A stretch of 33,205 nt of DNA, taken from contig JAXLNO010000171.1 in the NCBI GenBank assembly GCA_038087875.1, positions 1 to 33,205 of the forward strand, given 5' to 3'. Under the pieces are notes generated by a model. The model was given only the letters and a program-made list of their open reading frames with translations. It searched no databases and was not told the DNA's origin. Every line of letters starts with the position of its first letter. The first letter of the stretch is position 1. This stretch comes from Malacoraja senta (Eukaryota). A program made the position numbers and the translations under genes. Below, in pieces: positions 1 through 10,638 of this stretch.

Positions 1-347
1 ATCACAGATAGATCCCCCATTAAATAAATATGCCGACTTGAATTTTTACAAGTAACCATGCGGTTTTCAGGGGGGGGGGGGGTGGGGGGGGCATCGATCA
101 TCGGGATAAAAATTAAAAAATAACACTTTATTTATTTAGGGTTTAATCTTTTTTCATGAGGATTATGTTTATTAACAGTATAGATAAAGAATAAATGGGA
201 TAGAATTATGGATTTTCCTTATTTACAGCATCAAAGTAGCAGGACACTATAGTAGACAGTTACTGAAGATTCACCCATAATGTAGATAAATGTGAGGTTA
301 TCCATTTTGGTGGCAAGAACAAGAAGGCAGATTATTATCTGAATGGT

Positions 348-441
348 AGACACAAAATGTTGGAGTAACTCAGCGGGACAGGCAGCATCTCTGGAGAGAA
401 GGAATGGGTGACGTTTCGGGTCGAGACCCTTCTTCAGACTG
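348..441 (-). mobile_element. 94-bp Penelope-like-element (PLE) pLTR-derived insertion with a hammerhead motif
   Basis: Flanked by a perfect 11-bp duplication ATCTGAATGGT (337-347, 442-452) inside CR1. The sequence matches the 3' terminus of the GIY-YIG-coding PLE at 8385-8500. Confidence 0.85.
410..437 (-). ncRNA. Minimal type-I hammerhead ribozyme motif (PLE type)
   Basis: The minus strand reads CUGAAGA-A-GGGU(CUCG)ACCC-GAAA-CG-UC: conserved CUGAnGA and GAAA core boxes, 4-bp stem II, palindromic ACGU stem III, GUC cleavage triplet. Stem I is only about 2 bp. Confidence 0.72.
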
Positions 442-633
442 ATCTGAATGGTGCCAGATTAGGAAAAATGGAGGTGCAACGAGACCTGGATGTCCTTGTA
501 CATCAGTCACTGAAAGTAAGCATGCAGGTACAGCAGGCGGTGAAGAAACCAAAATGGCATGTTGGCCTTCATTGTGAGAGGATTCGAATTTAGGAGCAAG
601 GACGTCTTACTGCAGTTGTACAGGGCCCAGGGC

Positions 634-1355
634 CAGGCACGTGCCATAAGTAATTAGTCAGGGTAGGCAGTGGCTTTAAAAAATCTTGGAAACCGCGCAT
701 GCGCAGATTGTTCTCTCGACTTTTAGTTAAATTATATAAATCAAAGAAATTTACTTACCATATTATTTGTACACGAAATCCAATCTTCTCTCTTTGTTTC
801 CTGTTGTACCAAGCTGTTTTAAATGTTCTAATTATTTTTGTTCCTTTGCGCTGTTGAAGTACTTTAAGTTCCGGCGTTGGTCTACCATTTTCAATAATTT
901 TGGTCTTTTCCTCGTAGGTTTGCCATGAGGAACTCTTCAAGTAATCGCTATCCATCTTTGAAAAACACGGCAAGAAACTTGCGCATGCGCATGCGCAGTA
1001 GGCTGGTGCGCAGCGCAGCACATGCACGCAGTCCACGGTGTAAAGGCAGAATTTCAGCTGCCTTTACGGACCATTGCCACTGATGGCTTGAAGCATCGTC
1101 GACGGCACGTGAGTAGCACATACTTCCGCATTTTAAATGTACTGCGGATGAAAGGCACGGGAGAATTATGCCTTCCTAAGAGATTGATCTCTTGGGGAAG
1201 CATAATTCTCCCGTGCCTTTACTATTTATGACCATTTTATATAGGTTTTATATCTATTTTATATATATTATATATATAAATAAAATAATGACCATTTTAT
1301 AATTTTAGTCAGGGTAGGCACTGCCTACCTTGCCTACCCTGACGGCACGTGCCTG
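634..1355 (-). mobile_element. Non-autonomous hAT (Tip100-like) DNA transposon, internally deleted
   Basis: 12-bp TIRs CAGGCACGTGCC (634-645) and GGCACGTGCCTG (1344-1355). Degenerate 8-bp TSD CCCAGGGC / CCCTGGTC. Subterminal GTCAGGGTAGGCA repeats. It interrupts CR1 precisely. Confidence 0.85.
763..955 (-). pseudogene. hAT transposase remnant: N-terminus fused out of frame to the C-terminus
   Basis: MDSDYLKSSSWQTYEEKTKIIENGRPTPELK...RTFKTAWYNRK resembles the start of the TTF zinc-finger region of ZMYM1-like/Tip100 transposases. It is followed at once, in another frame, by KERRLDFVYK-stop, which resembles their C-terminus. Confidence 0.7.
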
Positions 1356-1910
1356 CCCTGGTCAGACCGCCCCTGGAGTATTGTGTGCAGTTTTGGTCTC
1401 CTAATTTGAGGACGGACATCCTTGCTATTGAGGGAGTGCAGTGTAGGTTCTCGAGGTTAATTTTCTGGATGGCGGGACTGACATATGATGAAAGAATGGA
1501 GCAGTTGGGCTTGTATTCATGGGAATTTAGACAGATGAGAGGGGATCTTCTGGAAACATATGAAATTCTTAAGGGATTGGACAAGCTAGATGTTGGTTGA
1601 GTCCAGAACCATGGGTCACAGTTTAAGAATAAGGGGTAGGCCAGCTAAGACTGAAATGAGGAAAACAATTTTCACCCAGAGAGTTGTGAATCTGTGGAAT
1701 TCTCTGCCACAGAAGGCAGTGGAGGCCAATTCACTGGATGTTTTCAAGAGATAGTTAGATTTAGCTCTTAGGGTTAAATGAATCAAGGGATATGGGGAAA
1801 AAGCAAGAACAGGGTACTTTTGGCTGATCAGCCGTTATCATATTGAATGGCGGTGCTGGCTTGAAGGGCTGAACGGCCTACTCCTGCATCTATTTTCTAT
1901 GTTTGTATGA

Positions 1911-1957
1911 CAGTGGGCTGAAGGGCCTGTTTCCATGCTGTATCTCTAAAACTAAAA
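1911..1957 (+). mobile_element. HE1-type SINE 3' tail fragment
   Basis: GGGCTGAAGGGCCTGTTTCCATGCTGTATCTCTAAAACTAAAA matches the tails of the full SINE copies in this window. Confidence 0.7.
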
Positions 1958-1982
1958 CGCTCAAAAATTTAGCAGCTCAGGC

Positions 1983-4190
1983 AGGACTATGAAGGCATGA
2001 GAGGGGAGCTGGCCAAAGTAGACTGGAAAGGGATCCTAGCAGGAATGATGGTGAAACAGCAATGGCAGGAATTTCTGGGCATAATCCGGAAAACGCAGGA
2101 TCATTTCATTCCAAAAAGGAAGAAAGATTCTAAGGGGAGTAGGAGGCAACCGTGGCTGACAAGAGAAGTTAGGGATAGAATAAAACTAAAAGAAAAGATG
2201 TATAACACAGCAAAGAGTAGCCGGAAGACAGAGGATTGGGAAACTTTCATAGGACAACAGAAGGAAACAAAACGGGCAATACGGGCTGAAAAGATGAAGT
2301 ACGAGGGGAAGCTGGCCAGGAATATAAAGAAGGACAGTAAAAGCTTCTTTAGATATGTTAAGGGAAAAAGAGTAGTAAAGTCAAATGTGGGTCCCTTGAA
2401 GGCAGACACAGGTGAAATTATTATGGGCAACAAGGAAATGGCAGAAGAGTTGAATAGGTACTTCGGATCTGTCTTCACTAAGGAAGACACAAACAATCTC
2501 CCAGATGTACTGAAGGACAGAGGATCTAAGGGGGTAGAGGAACTGAAAGAAATTTAAATTAGGTGAGAAATAGTGTTGGGTAGGCTAATGGGACTGAAGG
2601 ATGATAAATCCCCTGGGCCTGATGGTCTGCATCCCAGGGTCCTCAGGGAGGTAGCTCTAGAAATAGTGGACGCATTGGTGATCATTTTCCAATGTTCAAT
2701 AGATTCAGGATAAATTCCTGTGGATTGGAGGATAGCTAATGTTATCCCACTTTTCAAGAAAGGAGCGAGAGACAAAACGGGGAATTACAGACCAGTTAGC
2801 CTGACTTCAGTGGAGGGAAAGATGCTAGAGTCAATTATTAAAGAGGTAATAATGGGGCATTTGGATACAGTAAAAGGATTAGTCCAAGTCAACATGGATT
2901 TATGAAAGGGAAATCATGCTTGACTAATCTTCTGGAATTTTTTGAGGATGTGACAAGTAAAATGGATGAAGGGGTGCCAGTGGATGTAGTGTATCTAAAC
3001 TTTCAGAAAGCCTTTGATAAGGTCCCGCACGGGAGACTGGTGACTAAAATTAGAGCACATGGTATTGGGGGTAGGGTGTTGACATGGACAGAAAATTGGT
3101 TGGCAGACCGGAAGCAAAGAGTAGGAGTGAATGGGTCCTTTTCAGAATGGCAGGCAGTGGCGAGTGGGGTGCCGCAAGGCTCGGTGTTGGGGCCGCAACT
3201 GTTTACCATATATATTAATGATTTGGAAGAGGGAATTAGAAGCAATACTAGCAAGTTTGCGGATGACACAAAGCTGGGTGGCAGTGTGAGCTGTGAAGAG
3301 GATGTTAGGAGGTTGCAGGGTGACCTGGACAAGTTGAGTGAGTGGGCAGATGTGTGGCAGATGGAGTGTAATATAGATACATGTGATGTTATCCACTTTG
3401 GTGCAAAAACAAGGGGGCAGATTATTATCTCAATGCGGTTAGGTTAGGTAAGGGGGAGGTGCAGCGAGACCTGGGTGTCCTTGTACACCGGTCACTTAAA
3501 GTTGGCGTGCAGGTACAGCAGGCAGTGAAGAAAGCGAATGGAATGTTGGCCTTCATAACAAGAGGATTTCAGTATAGGAGTACAGAGGTTCTTCTGCAGT
3601 TGTATAGGGCTCTGGTGAGACCACATCTGGAGTATTGTGTACAGTTTTGGTCTCCTAATTTGAGGAAGGACATCCTTGTGATTGAGGCAGTGCAGCGTAG
3701 GTTCACGAGATTGATCCCTGGGATGGCGGGACTGTCATATAAGGAAAGATTGAAAAGACTAGGCTTGTATTCACTGGAGTTTAGAAGGATGAGGGGGGAT
3801 CTTATAGAAACATATAACATTCTAAAAGGACTGGACAAGCTAGATGCAGGAAATATGTTTCCAATGTTCAGCGAGTCCAGAACCAGGGGCCACAGTCTTA
3901 GAATAAAGGGGAGGTCATTTAAGACTGAGGTGAGAAAAAACGTTTTCACCCAGAGAGTTGTGAATTTATGGAATTCCCTGCCACAGAGGGCAGTGGAGGC
4001 CAAATCACTGGATGGATTTAAGAGAGAGTTAGATAGAGCTCTAGGGGCTAGTGGAGTCAAGGGATATGGGGAGAAGGCAGGCACGGGTTATTGATAGGGG
4101 ACGATCAGCCATGATCACAATGAATGGCGGTGCTGGCTCGAGGGGCTGAATGGCCTCCTCCTGCACCTATTTTCTATGACTTTATCTATG
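1983..4190 (+). mobile_element. About 2.2-kb 5'-truncated CR1-clade LINE; reverse transcriptase ORF2 disrupted by frameshifts
   Basis: ORF pieces 1997-2557, 2720-2905, 2902-3447 and 3459-4094 carry GNYRPVSLTS, GKSCLTNLLEFFE, FQKAFDKVPH, SGVPQGSVLGPQLFTIYINDL and KFADDTKL. The CR1 3' UTR and tail run to about 4190. Confidence 0.96.
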
Positions 4191-4194
4191 AATC

Positions 4195-4660
4195 CGTGGA
4201 GAAAGAAAGAGAGCAAACAACATTTTAGAGCTACTTTTTTCTCCACAGATGCTGGCTGATCCACTGGGTATTTTTCTGAGCATTTTCTCTTTTTAAACAT
4301 CTACAGCATTTTGCTTTTAAATAATAAAAAGTATCTCGCACAAAATGACAGTAAAAGGAAATGAAAGACAACTTTTAGGTTCATCCAAACAATGACAAGG
4401 AAAATACTTAGCATATCAGGCAGTATCAGTGGAGAGAGAAATAGAGCTAATGTTTCAGATGCGGTGAACTCTCTCTCGCTCCACGGATGCTGGCTGATCA
4501 ACATTTTTTGAGTATTTTCTCTTTTTAATTCAGGATTCGAACATCTGCTGTATTTTGCTTTTAAATAATGGAAACTTTCTGCAGCGCAAAAATGTTGTTA
4601 ATTGGAATTAAAGCACAGCTTTTAGGTTAGTCCAAGTTTAAATAAAAAATGCTGGAAAGA
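4195..4660. repeat. Degenerate tandem duplication (period about 240 bp) of an old PLE-pLTR-like unit
   Basis: CTCCAC(A/G)GATGCTGGCTGATC...ATTTTCTCTTTTTAA...TTTTGCTTTTAAATAAT...CTTTTAGGTT occurs at about 4241-4390 and again at about 4479-4635. Confidence 0.6.
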
Positions 4661-5054
4661 GCCACCGTGTGGGGTATGTGCTGGGTCTGTACTCAAGTAT
4701 GTGCTAAAGTCTGCCACAATTCACTAGGTTGTTGCTGGCTCCCACAATGAAGTTGGGGGAAAAACTGGGTGAGGGTTTCACATTGGCTCACTCACTAAGC
4801 TCAGGGGAAGGCTGATGCTTGGATTGCCCCAGTGATGAATATGTTGGCTGGTGACGTATTATGAAACAGATCTTGTCAGTTCCGTCTGTGGTATTGCGAT
4901 GGTCACACCCAACTATTACGCAGACTGCCGATCACAGAGCTCCTTAAAATTATCTACTTAATTCACTGCCATAAATAAATCCCATCCCCATTTCCCTCAC
5001 CCCTCACGTTACTACATCTACTCATTGGCATTGGATGCGTTGTAATATTAACAG

Positions 5055-5122
5055 TCGCTCTCTCCATCAATGCAACCCAGATAGGCTTGCGTGGGCCCTA
5101 GATTGTAGAGGCATCTGCAGGA
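5055..5122 (+). CDS. Candidate internal exon of an unidentified host gene
   Basis: ttaacAG acceptor and GTAAGT donor. Only one frame is open: RSLHQCNPDRLAWALDCRGICR. It lies in non-repeat sequence. Confidence 0.35.
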
Positions 5123-5377
5123 GTAAGTGCTTGTCCCTGCAGTTCTGAATGTTGAAGGGGAGAGGAAGGTATCTCGTAGTTAAATATAGGACCAAACCTT
5201 GCTCAAAGTTTCTGAACTAGAATCTCACTCCAATTACTCAAAGCCTGCAGCAGTGACACAATGAGATCATTTATGCTGCTGTGGAGGAATACATTAATCT
5301 AGGCCAGCAGCTCTGGGGAAAACACCAGATTCATCAGTTGCTTTTGCTAAACTTTTATGGCGCACAAAGTATCAAGA

Positions 5378-6062
5378 TTTAGAGTCATAGAGTCATACAG
5401 CGTGGAAACAGGCCCTTCGGCCCAACTTGCCCACACTGACCAACATGTCCCATCTACATCTGCCTGTGATTCACCCATATCCCTCTAAATCTTTCCTATC
5501 CATGTACCTGTCTAAATGATTCTTAAACATTGCTATAGTACCTGCCTCAACTACCTCCTCCGGCAGCTCGTTCCATACACATACCACCCTTTGTGTGAAA
5601 AAGTTATCCTTTAAGTTCCTATTAAATATTTTCTCCTCACCTTAAACTTATGTCCTCTGGTTCTCGATTTCCCTACTCTGGGCAAGAGACTGTGCGTCTA
5701 CCTGATCTATTCCTCTCATGATTTTGTACACTTCTAAAGGATCACCCCTCATCCTCCTGTGCTCCAAGGAATAAAGTCCTATCCTGTTCAATCTCTCCCC
5801 CATAACTCAGGTCCTCGTGTCCTGGCAACATCCTCGTAAATCTTCTCAGCACCTTTTCCAGCTTAACATCGTTCCTATAACATGGTCACCAGAACTGAAC
5901 GCAATATTCTAAATGCAGCCTCAGCAATGTCTTATACAACTGCAACATGACCTCCCAACTTCTATACTCAATACTCTGACTGAGTACCCTCTAGTCCTGG
6001 CAACGATATTCTAAAAGCGGCCTCAGCATATAACTATATATAACTGCAACATGACTTCCCAA
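5378..6062 (-). mobile_element. CR1-clade LINE 3' end (HER1-type, shares its tail with the HE1 SINE)
   Basis: The reverse complement has the CR1 ORF2 C-terminus and ends in GGGCCGAAGGGCCTGTTTCCACGCTGTATGACTCTATGACTCT, the same tail as the SINEs. Confidence 0.88.
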
Positions 6063-6243
6063 TTCTTGTTCTCATATTTTTCCCCAATTGAACTTAGAGG
6101 CCACTGCTCATTTGCTTGTGAGCCATCTCTATTGGCTGTGGTGATGTTGAGGTTAAATTATCAGACAAGTATCTAAAGATCAGGACTGTTGATTGTAAGC
6201 TAAGGACCCAAATCTCTCCACAAGTAGCAAGAAAATTCAACAT

Positions 6244-6570
6244 TTAGTTTTTAAGTTTAAAGATCCAGCATGGAAACAGGCCCTTCAGCCCACCGAGTCC
6301 ATGCCAACTAACGATCACCCATTCTCACTGGTTCTATGTCTTCCCACTATCACATCCACTCCCTACACACCAGGGGCAATTTACAGAGGCCAATTGACCT
6401 ACAAACCTGCACATCTCTGGGATGTGGGAGGAAACCGGATCACCCGGAGGAATCCCACGCGGTCAAACGATAAAAGTGCAACCACCACATAGATAGCACC
6501 CGAGGTGGGGATCGAACCTGAGCCTCCGGAGCTGCAAGGCAGCAGCTCTATCAGCTGTGTCACTGTGACT
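6244..6570 (-). mobile_element. HE1-type tRNA-derived V-SINE
   Basis: The minus strand has a tRNA-like head with box B (GGTTCGATCC), the V-domain CCGGTTTCCTCCCACA and the CR1-derived tail. Confidence 0.88.
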
Positions 6571-6619
6571 GTAACAACATATGAATCATTTACAAAGTCC
6601 CTGTCATTAATCCTAATCC

Positions 6620-6843
6620 TCTAACCACTGGACTGTTGTTGTAAACACCCATCTGGTTCACTTGTATCCTTCAGAGAAAGAAACTGATCTGATCTGATCT
6701 GATCTGACCATGTGTGACTTCAGCAGCACAATAATGTGCTTAACTGTCCCTGAAGTGGTTCAGTAAGCCATTCAATACAGGAAGCAATTATGGATGGGAA
6801 TAACTGAATCCTTGCTGGTGATATCCATACTCCAAGAAAAAAG
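6620..6843 (+). mobile_element. Degenerate 3' part of an older elasmobranch SINE/LINE-tail repeat, containing (CTGAT)n at 6684-6707
   Basis: ACCCATCTGGTTCAC...GCAATTATGGATGGGAATAA resembles a repeat I recall as common in shark genomes. It ends in an A-run. The family name is not assigned. Confidence 0.4.
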
Positions 6844-7621
6844 GTTAAAATATTGGGCACGTAAATCGCCGAGAAGGGAAGCTCCCGGATAACGCCGCGG
6901 AGCCGTGCAGGAGCCGACCCAGTGGCCGTCCAAGGAGGGGCCGTTGTGCTGCTGAAAACTGAAAACAAAGTTGACTCAGTTTTGTTTTCAGGTGGGCGGG
7001 GGAGGGGGCGGGGGACAAAGAGGGACCCGGAGGAGGTTGGCCGCCAAAGAAAAAGGTGGGAACTGACGGAGAAGCCGCTGAGAACAACGATGAACCAACA
7101 TGAACTCGCATGTGTCTCCTCGGTACCCCGTAGCTCCATCCTTGTTTCCCCTCCCCCCAGTTGCCATAGGGACAGAGTCCCCCTACTCATTTCCTTTCAC
7201 CCCTTCAGCCGTCGCATGCGACACGTAATCTTCTGACATTTTCGCCACCTCCAACGGGATCCCACCACATTATGACCCACCACTAGTCACCTCTTCCCAT
7301 CTCTACCCCTTTCCGTCTTCCACAGAGACTGTTCCCTCCGCAATTCCCTGGTTAACTCATCCCTCCGCATGCAAACCATCCCCTCCCCAGATACCTTCCT
7401 CTGCAACCGCAGGAGATGTAACACTTGTCCCTATAGTGCCTCCCTGAACTCTGTCCAGGGACCCCGATAGTCCTTTCAGGTGAGGCAGAGGCTCACTAGC
7501 ACCTCCTCCAACCTCATCTACTGTAACTGTTGTTCAAGATTAGGACTCTTATACATTGGCGAGACCAAACGTAGACTGGGCGATCGTTTCGTTAAACACC
7601 TTCACTCAGTCCACCTGGACA

Positions 7622-7770
7622 CAGCTCTTCTTCTTCTTCTTCTTGCGTATGGCGTGCACAGCCTAAAGTTGTAAGACAACTTGTTCTGTTTGATCTTCAG
7701 TACGTGCACGCCAGGTTGATTGCATTCGTCGAAACAGGGTGGACCACGTGAAGGTTGCAATCTCCCAGCC
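7622..7770 (-). mobile_element. Short retroposon with an (AAG)n tail (RTE-like 3' end) nested in the PLE
   Basis: (CTT)n at 7627-7644. An 8-bp duplication CCTGGACA lies at 7614-7621 and 7771-7778. Confidence 0.65.
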
Positions 7771-7833
7771 CCTGGACATACCTGATCTCACAGTTGCGAA
7801 ACACTTTAACTCTCCTACCCATTCCCACACTGA

Positions 7834-8070
7834 AGGGCCTGTCCCTCTTTCACGACCTAATTCACGACCTCTGCTGAGTTTGCCCTTGACTCATACTTGC
7901 AGCATGGTCGTCACGAGGTCATAGGAGGTCATAGGTAGGTTGTAGCAGGCCGTGATGCTAGTCGTAGGTACTCGTGGCATCAAGTAGGTCGGGGCGTTTT
8001 TCTAGCATGTTGAAAAATGTCCACGAGTAAAAAAGGTTGTGAATTAGGTCATGAAAGTGGGACAGGCCCT
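7834..8070. mobile_element. PIF/Harbinger-type MITE (237 bp)
   Basis: Imperfect TIR of about 36 bp, AGGGCCTGTCCC(T/A)CTTTCA(C/T)GACCTAATTCAC. 3-bp flanks are TGA / TAA. The PLE sequence resumes precisely after it. Confidence 0.82.
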
Positions 8071-8556
8071 TAACCTTTCTGTCCTAGGTCTTCTCCATTG
8101 TCAGAGTGAGGATAAACGCAAATTGGAAGAACAGCATCTCATATTTCACTTGGACAGCTGACAGCCCAATGGTATGAATATTGATTTCTCCAGCATCAAG
8201 TAGCCTCGGCATTCCCTCTCTCTCCATCCCTCCCCCACCCAAGTCGCACCAGCTTCTCGTTCTCACCGAACAAACTATGAACAATGGCCTGTTTCCTTTA
8301 TCATCGTGACTTTTTTGCAATTTTTTACATTTGTCTGTTCTATACCTATCTACATCACTGTCAATATCTCTTGTTTCCATTCCCCTTAGTCTGGAAAAGG
8401 GTCTCAACCCAAAACATCACCCATTCCTTCTCTCCAGGGACACCCCCGCTGAGTTATTCCAGCTTTTTGTGTCTATCTTCAGTTTAAACAAGCATCTGCT
8501 GTCCCTTCCTGCACATGACTCCAATTAATACTTTTGTAACTTTGTCAGCACCAAAA

Positions 8557-9187
8557 ATAGACAATAGACAATAGGTGCAGGAGTAGGCCATTCAGCCCTT
8601 CGAGCTAGCACCGCCATTCAATGTGATCATGGCTGATCATCCCCAATCAGTACCCCGTTCCTGCCTTATCCCCATATCCCCTGACTCCACTATTTTTAAG
8701 AGCCCTATCTTGCTCTCTCTTGAAAGCATCCAGAGAACCTGCCTCCACCGCCCTCTGAGGCAGAGAATTCCACAGTCTCACCACTCTCTGTGAGAAAAAG
8801 TGTTTCCTCGTCTCCGTTCTAAATGGCTTACTCCTTATTCTCAAACTGTGGCCCCTGGTTCTGGACTCCCCCAACATCGGGAACATGTTTCCTGCCTCTA
8901 GCGTGTCCAAGCCCTTAACAATCTTATATGTTTCAATGAGATAACCCCTCATCCTTCTAAACTCCAGAGTGTACAAGCCCAGCTGCTCCATTCCCTCAGC
9001 ATACGACAATCCCGCCATCCCGGGAATTAACCTTGTAAACCTACGCTGCACTCCCTCAATAGCAAGAATGTCCTTCCTCAAATTAGGGGACCAAAACTGC
9101 ACACAATACTCCAGGTGTGGTCTCACTAGGGCTCTGTACAACTGCAGAAGGACCTCTTTGCTCCTATATTCCATTCCTCTTGTTACA
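8557..9187 (-). mobile_element. 5'-truncated CR1 LINE 3' end
   Basis: ORF 8647-9234(-) TRGMEYRSKEVLLQLYRALVRPHLEYCVQFWSP...GTGY is uninterrupted, with a (CTATTGT)n tail. Confidence 0.95.
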
Positions 9188-9481
9188 AAATGTGGCAACT
9201 CTTTGTGTACTTTGTATTTTGGATAAAAAAACAAAGAATTGCTCTGTACCTGGGTGCAAGTGACAATAAATTATCATTGGATGATGTTTCGGGTCGAGAT
9301 CCTTCTCCAGACTGTAGTAGGGTCTCCACCCGAAACGTGACCCATTCCTTCACTCCATAGATGCTGTCTCACCCGCTGAGTTTCTCCAGCTTTCTGTCTA
9401 CCTTAGATTTTTCCAGCATCTGCAGTTCTTTCCTAAACATAAATTATCATTGAATCATTGTATTGCATTGAATCATTGAAT
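9188..9481 (+). mobile_element. 3' tail of a GC-rich non-autonomous retroposon family (as at 32412-33028), with a PLE insertion inside its tail
   Basis: ATGTGGCAACT...GTGACAATAAA followed by (AATCATTG)n. It aligns by eye to 32893-32966. Confidence 0.55.
9280..9438. mobile_element. PLE pLTR-derived fold-back mini-insertion with two decayed hammerheads
   Basis: Perfect 14-bp TSD ATAAATTATCATTG (9266-9279, 9439-9452). Opposed motifs lie at 9284-9311(-) and 9313-9340(+). Confidence 0.82.
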
Positions 9482-9814
9482 GAGTGAATCCTGCTTTGTA
9501 AACCAATAATGTGCATGGCTAATTTGAGCATTTATTTTGAACTATTCCTATGCATTGAGGATGGGATGGAGAGGCATTAAAACTGTCGTTAGATGCTATT
9601 TACTGCATCTCTGTTATTTTATTGCTTTTTTATCCCCCAACTCCTTATTTAATTCCTACTGAAATTACAGTTCGGAATACAGTTTACAGTTACAGTTTTA
9701 CGTTTTTTTTTTTAAATAAAGGATCCTGCTTTATTCTTGTGGGCCCAGGGTGCTGATTCTGAACTTACACTTGGGTTCATGGACCTTCACCAACTCTGGC
9801 CCTTCCTGAGCGTT

Positions 9815-10220
9815 AGGTTCACCTCACGCTGCCTCGGCAAGGTCACCAGCATAACCAGAGACGCGTCGCACCCCGGCCATTTCCTTCTCTCCACTCTCCC
9901 ATCAGGCAAAAGATATAGAAGTGTGAAAACACACACCTTCAGATTCAGGGACAGTTTCTTCCCAGCTGTTATCAGGCAACGGAACCATCCCATCAACAAC
10001 TAGACAGCAGTATTAAGCTACTATCTACCTCATTGGAGACCCTCAGGCTATCTTTGATCGGACTTTAGTGTACTTTATCTGCAGTAAACGTTATTCATGT
10101 TATCCCCTTTATCATGTATCTGTACACTGTGGATGGCTAGATTATTATCATGTATTATCTTTCCGCTGACTGGTGAGCACGCAACCTCGGTACACGTAAC
10201 CATAAACAAGACTGAAACTC
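9815..10220 (+). mobile_element. Rex1/Babar-clade LINE 3' end
   Basis: RCLGKVTSITRDASHPGHFLLSTLPSGKRYRSVKTHTFRFRDSFFPAVIR is the typical Rex1 ORF C-terminus and is homologous to 11775-12089(-). Confidence 0.85.
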
Positions 10221-10339
10221 GAATTCATAACACCTGAACGGTTACCTCACTTTGGCCTCTGCTGACTGTTCCTCTGGGTTCCAGTGTTAGCTCCCGCACC
10301 ATGCATTCTCCCTCCCACACAACTGTCTCTATTGGCACT

Positions 10340-10638
10340 GGGGTGGCATGGTGGTGCAGCGGTAGAGTTGCTGCCTTACAGCACCAGAGAACTGGGTTCA
10401 ATCCTGACTATGGGTACTGTCTGAACAACGATGGTACAATCTCCCTGTGACCTGCGTGTGTTTCCTCCCACACTCCTAAGACATACAAGTTTGTAGGTTA
10501 ATTGGCTTGGTATAATTGTAAATTGCCCCTAGTGTGTGTAGGATAGCGTTAATGTGCGTGGACTGCTGGTCGACACGGACTCAATGAGCCGAAGGGCCGG
10601 TTTCAGCACTGTATCTCTAAAATAAACTAAACTAAACT
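10340..10638 (+). mobile_element. HE1-type tRNA-derived V-SINE
   Basis: Box A TGGTGCAGCGG, box B GGTTCAATCC, V-domain, and a tail ending in (CTAAA)n. Confidence 0.9.

Larger units (their letters stand above)
276..1909 (+). mobile_element. 5'-truncated CR1-clade LINE (3' part of ORF2 plus 3' UTR), interrupted by a PLE mini-insertion (348-441) and a hAT element (634-1355)
   Basis: Translations VQRDLDVLVHQSLKVSMQVQQAVKK and LVRPPLEYCVQFWSPNLRTDILAIEGVQ match the CR1 ORF2 C-terminus and the copy at 3459-4094. It ends with the CR1 3' UTR and a CTATGTTT-type tail at about 1897-1909. Confidence 0.92.
7105..8515 (+). mobile_element. Penelope-like retroelement, 3' portion (GIY-YIG endonuclease plus pLTR), with two nested insertions
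   Basis: ORF 7480-7620 LTSTSSNLIYCNCCSRLGLLYIGETKRRLGDRFVKH is a PLE GIY-YIG signature, continuing as VAKHFNSPTHSHT. The pLTR has a decayed hammerhead at 8391-8418. Confidence 0.9.

Noticed and set aside
70..91. G-run with G-quadruplex potential
   Set aside because: It is a simple homopolymer whose length is unreliable in assemblies, with no supporting context.
2101..4084. Minus-strand ORFs of 109-171 aa (likewise 25769-26230 and 8969-9226)
   Set aside because: They are antisense shadows of CR1 ORF2.
1997..4094. Long RT-like ORFs as an active or domesticated gene, or a retron/DGR-type system
   Set aside because: These are standard CR1 ORF2 pieces, 5'-truncated and broken into four parts by frameshifts.
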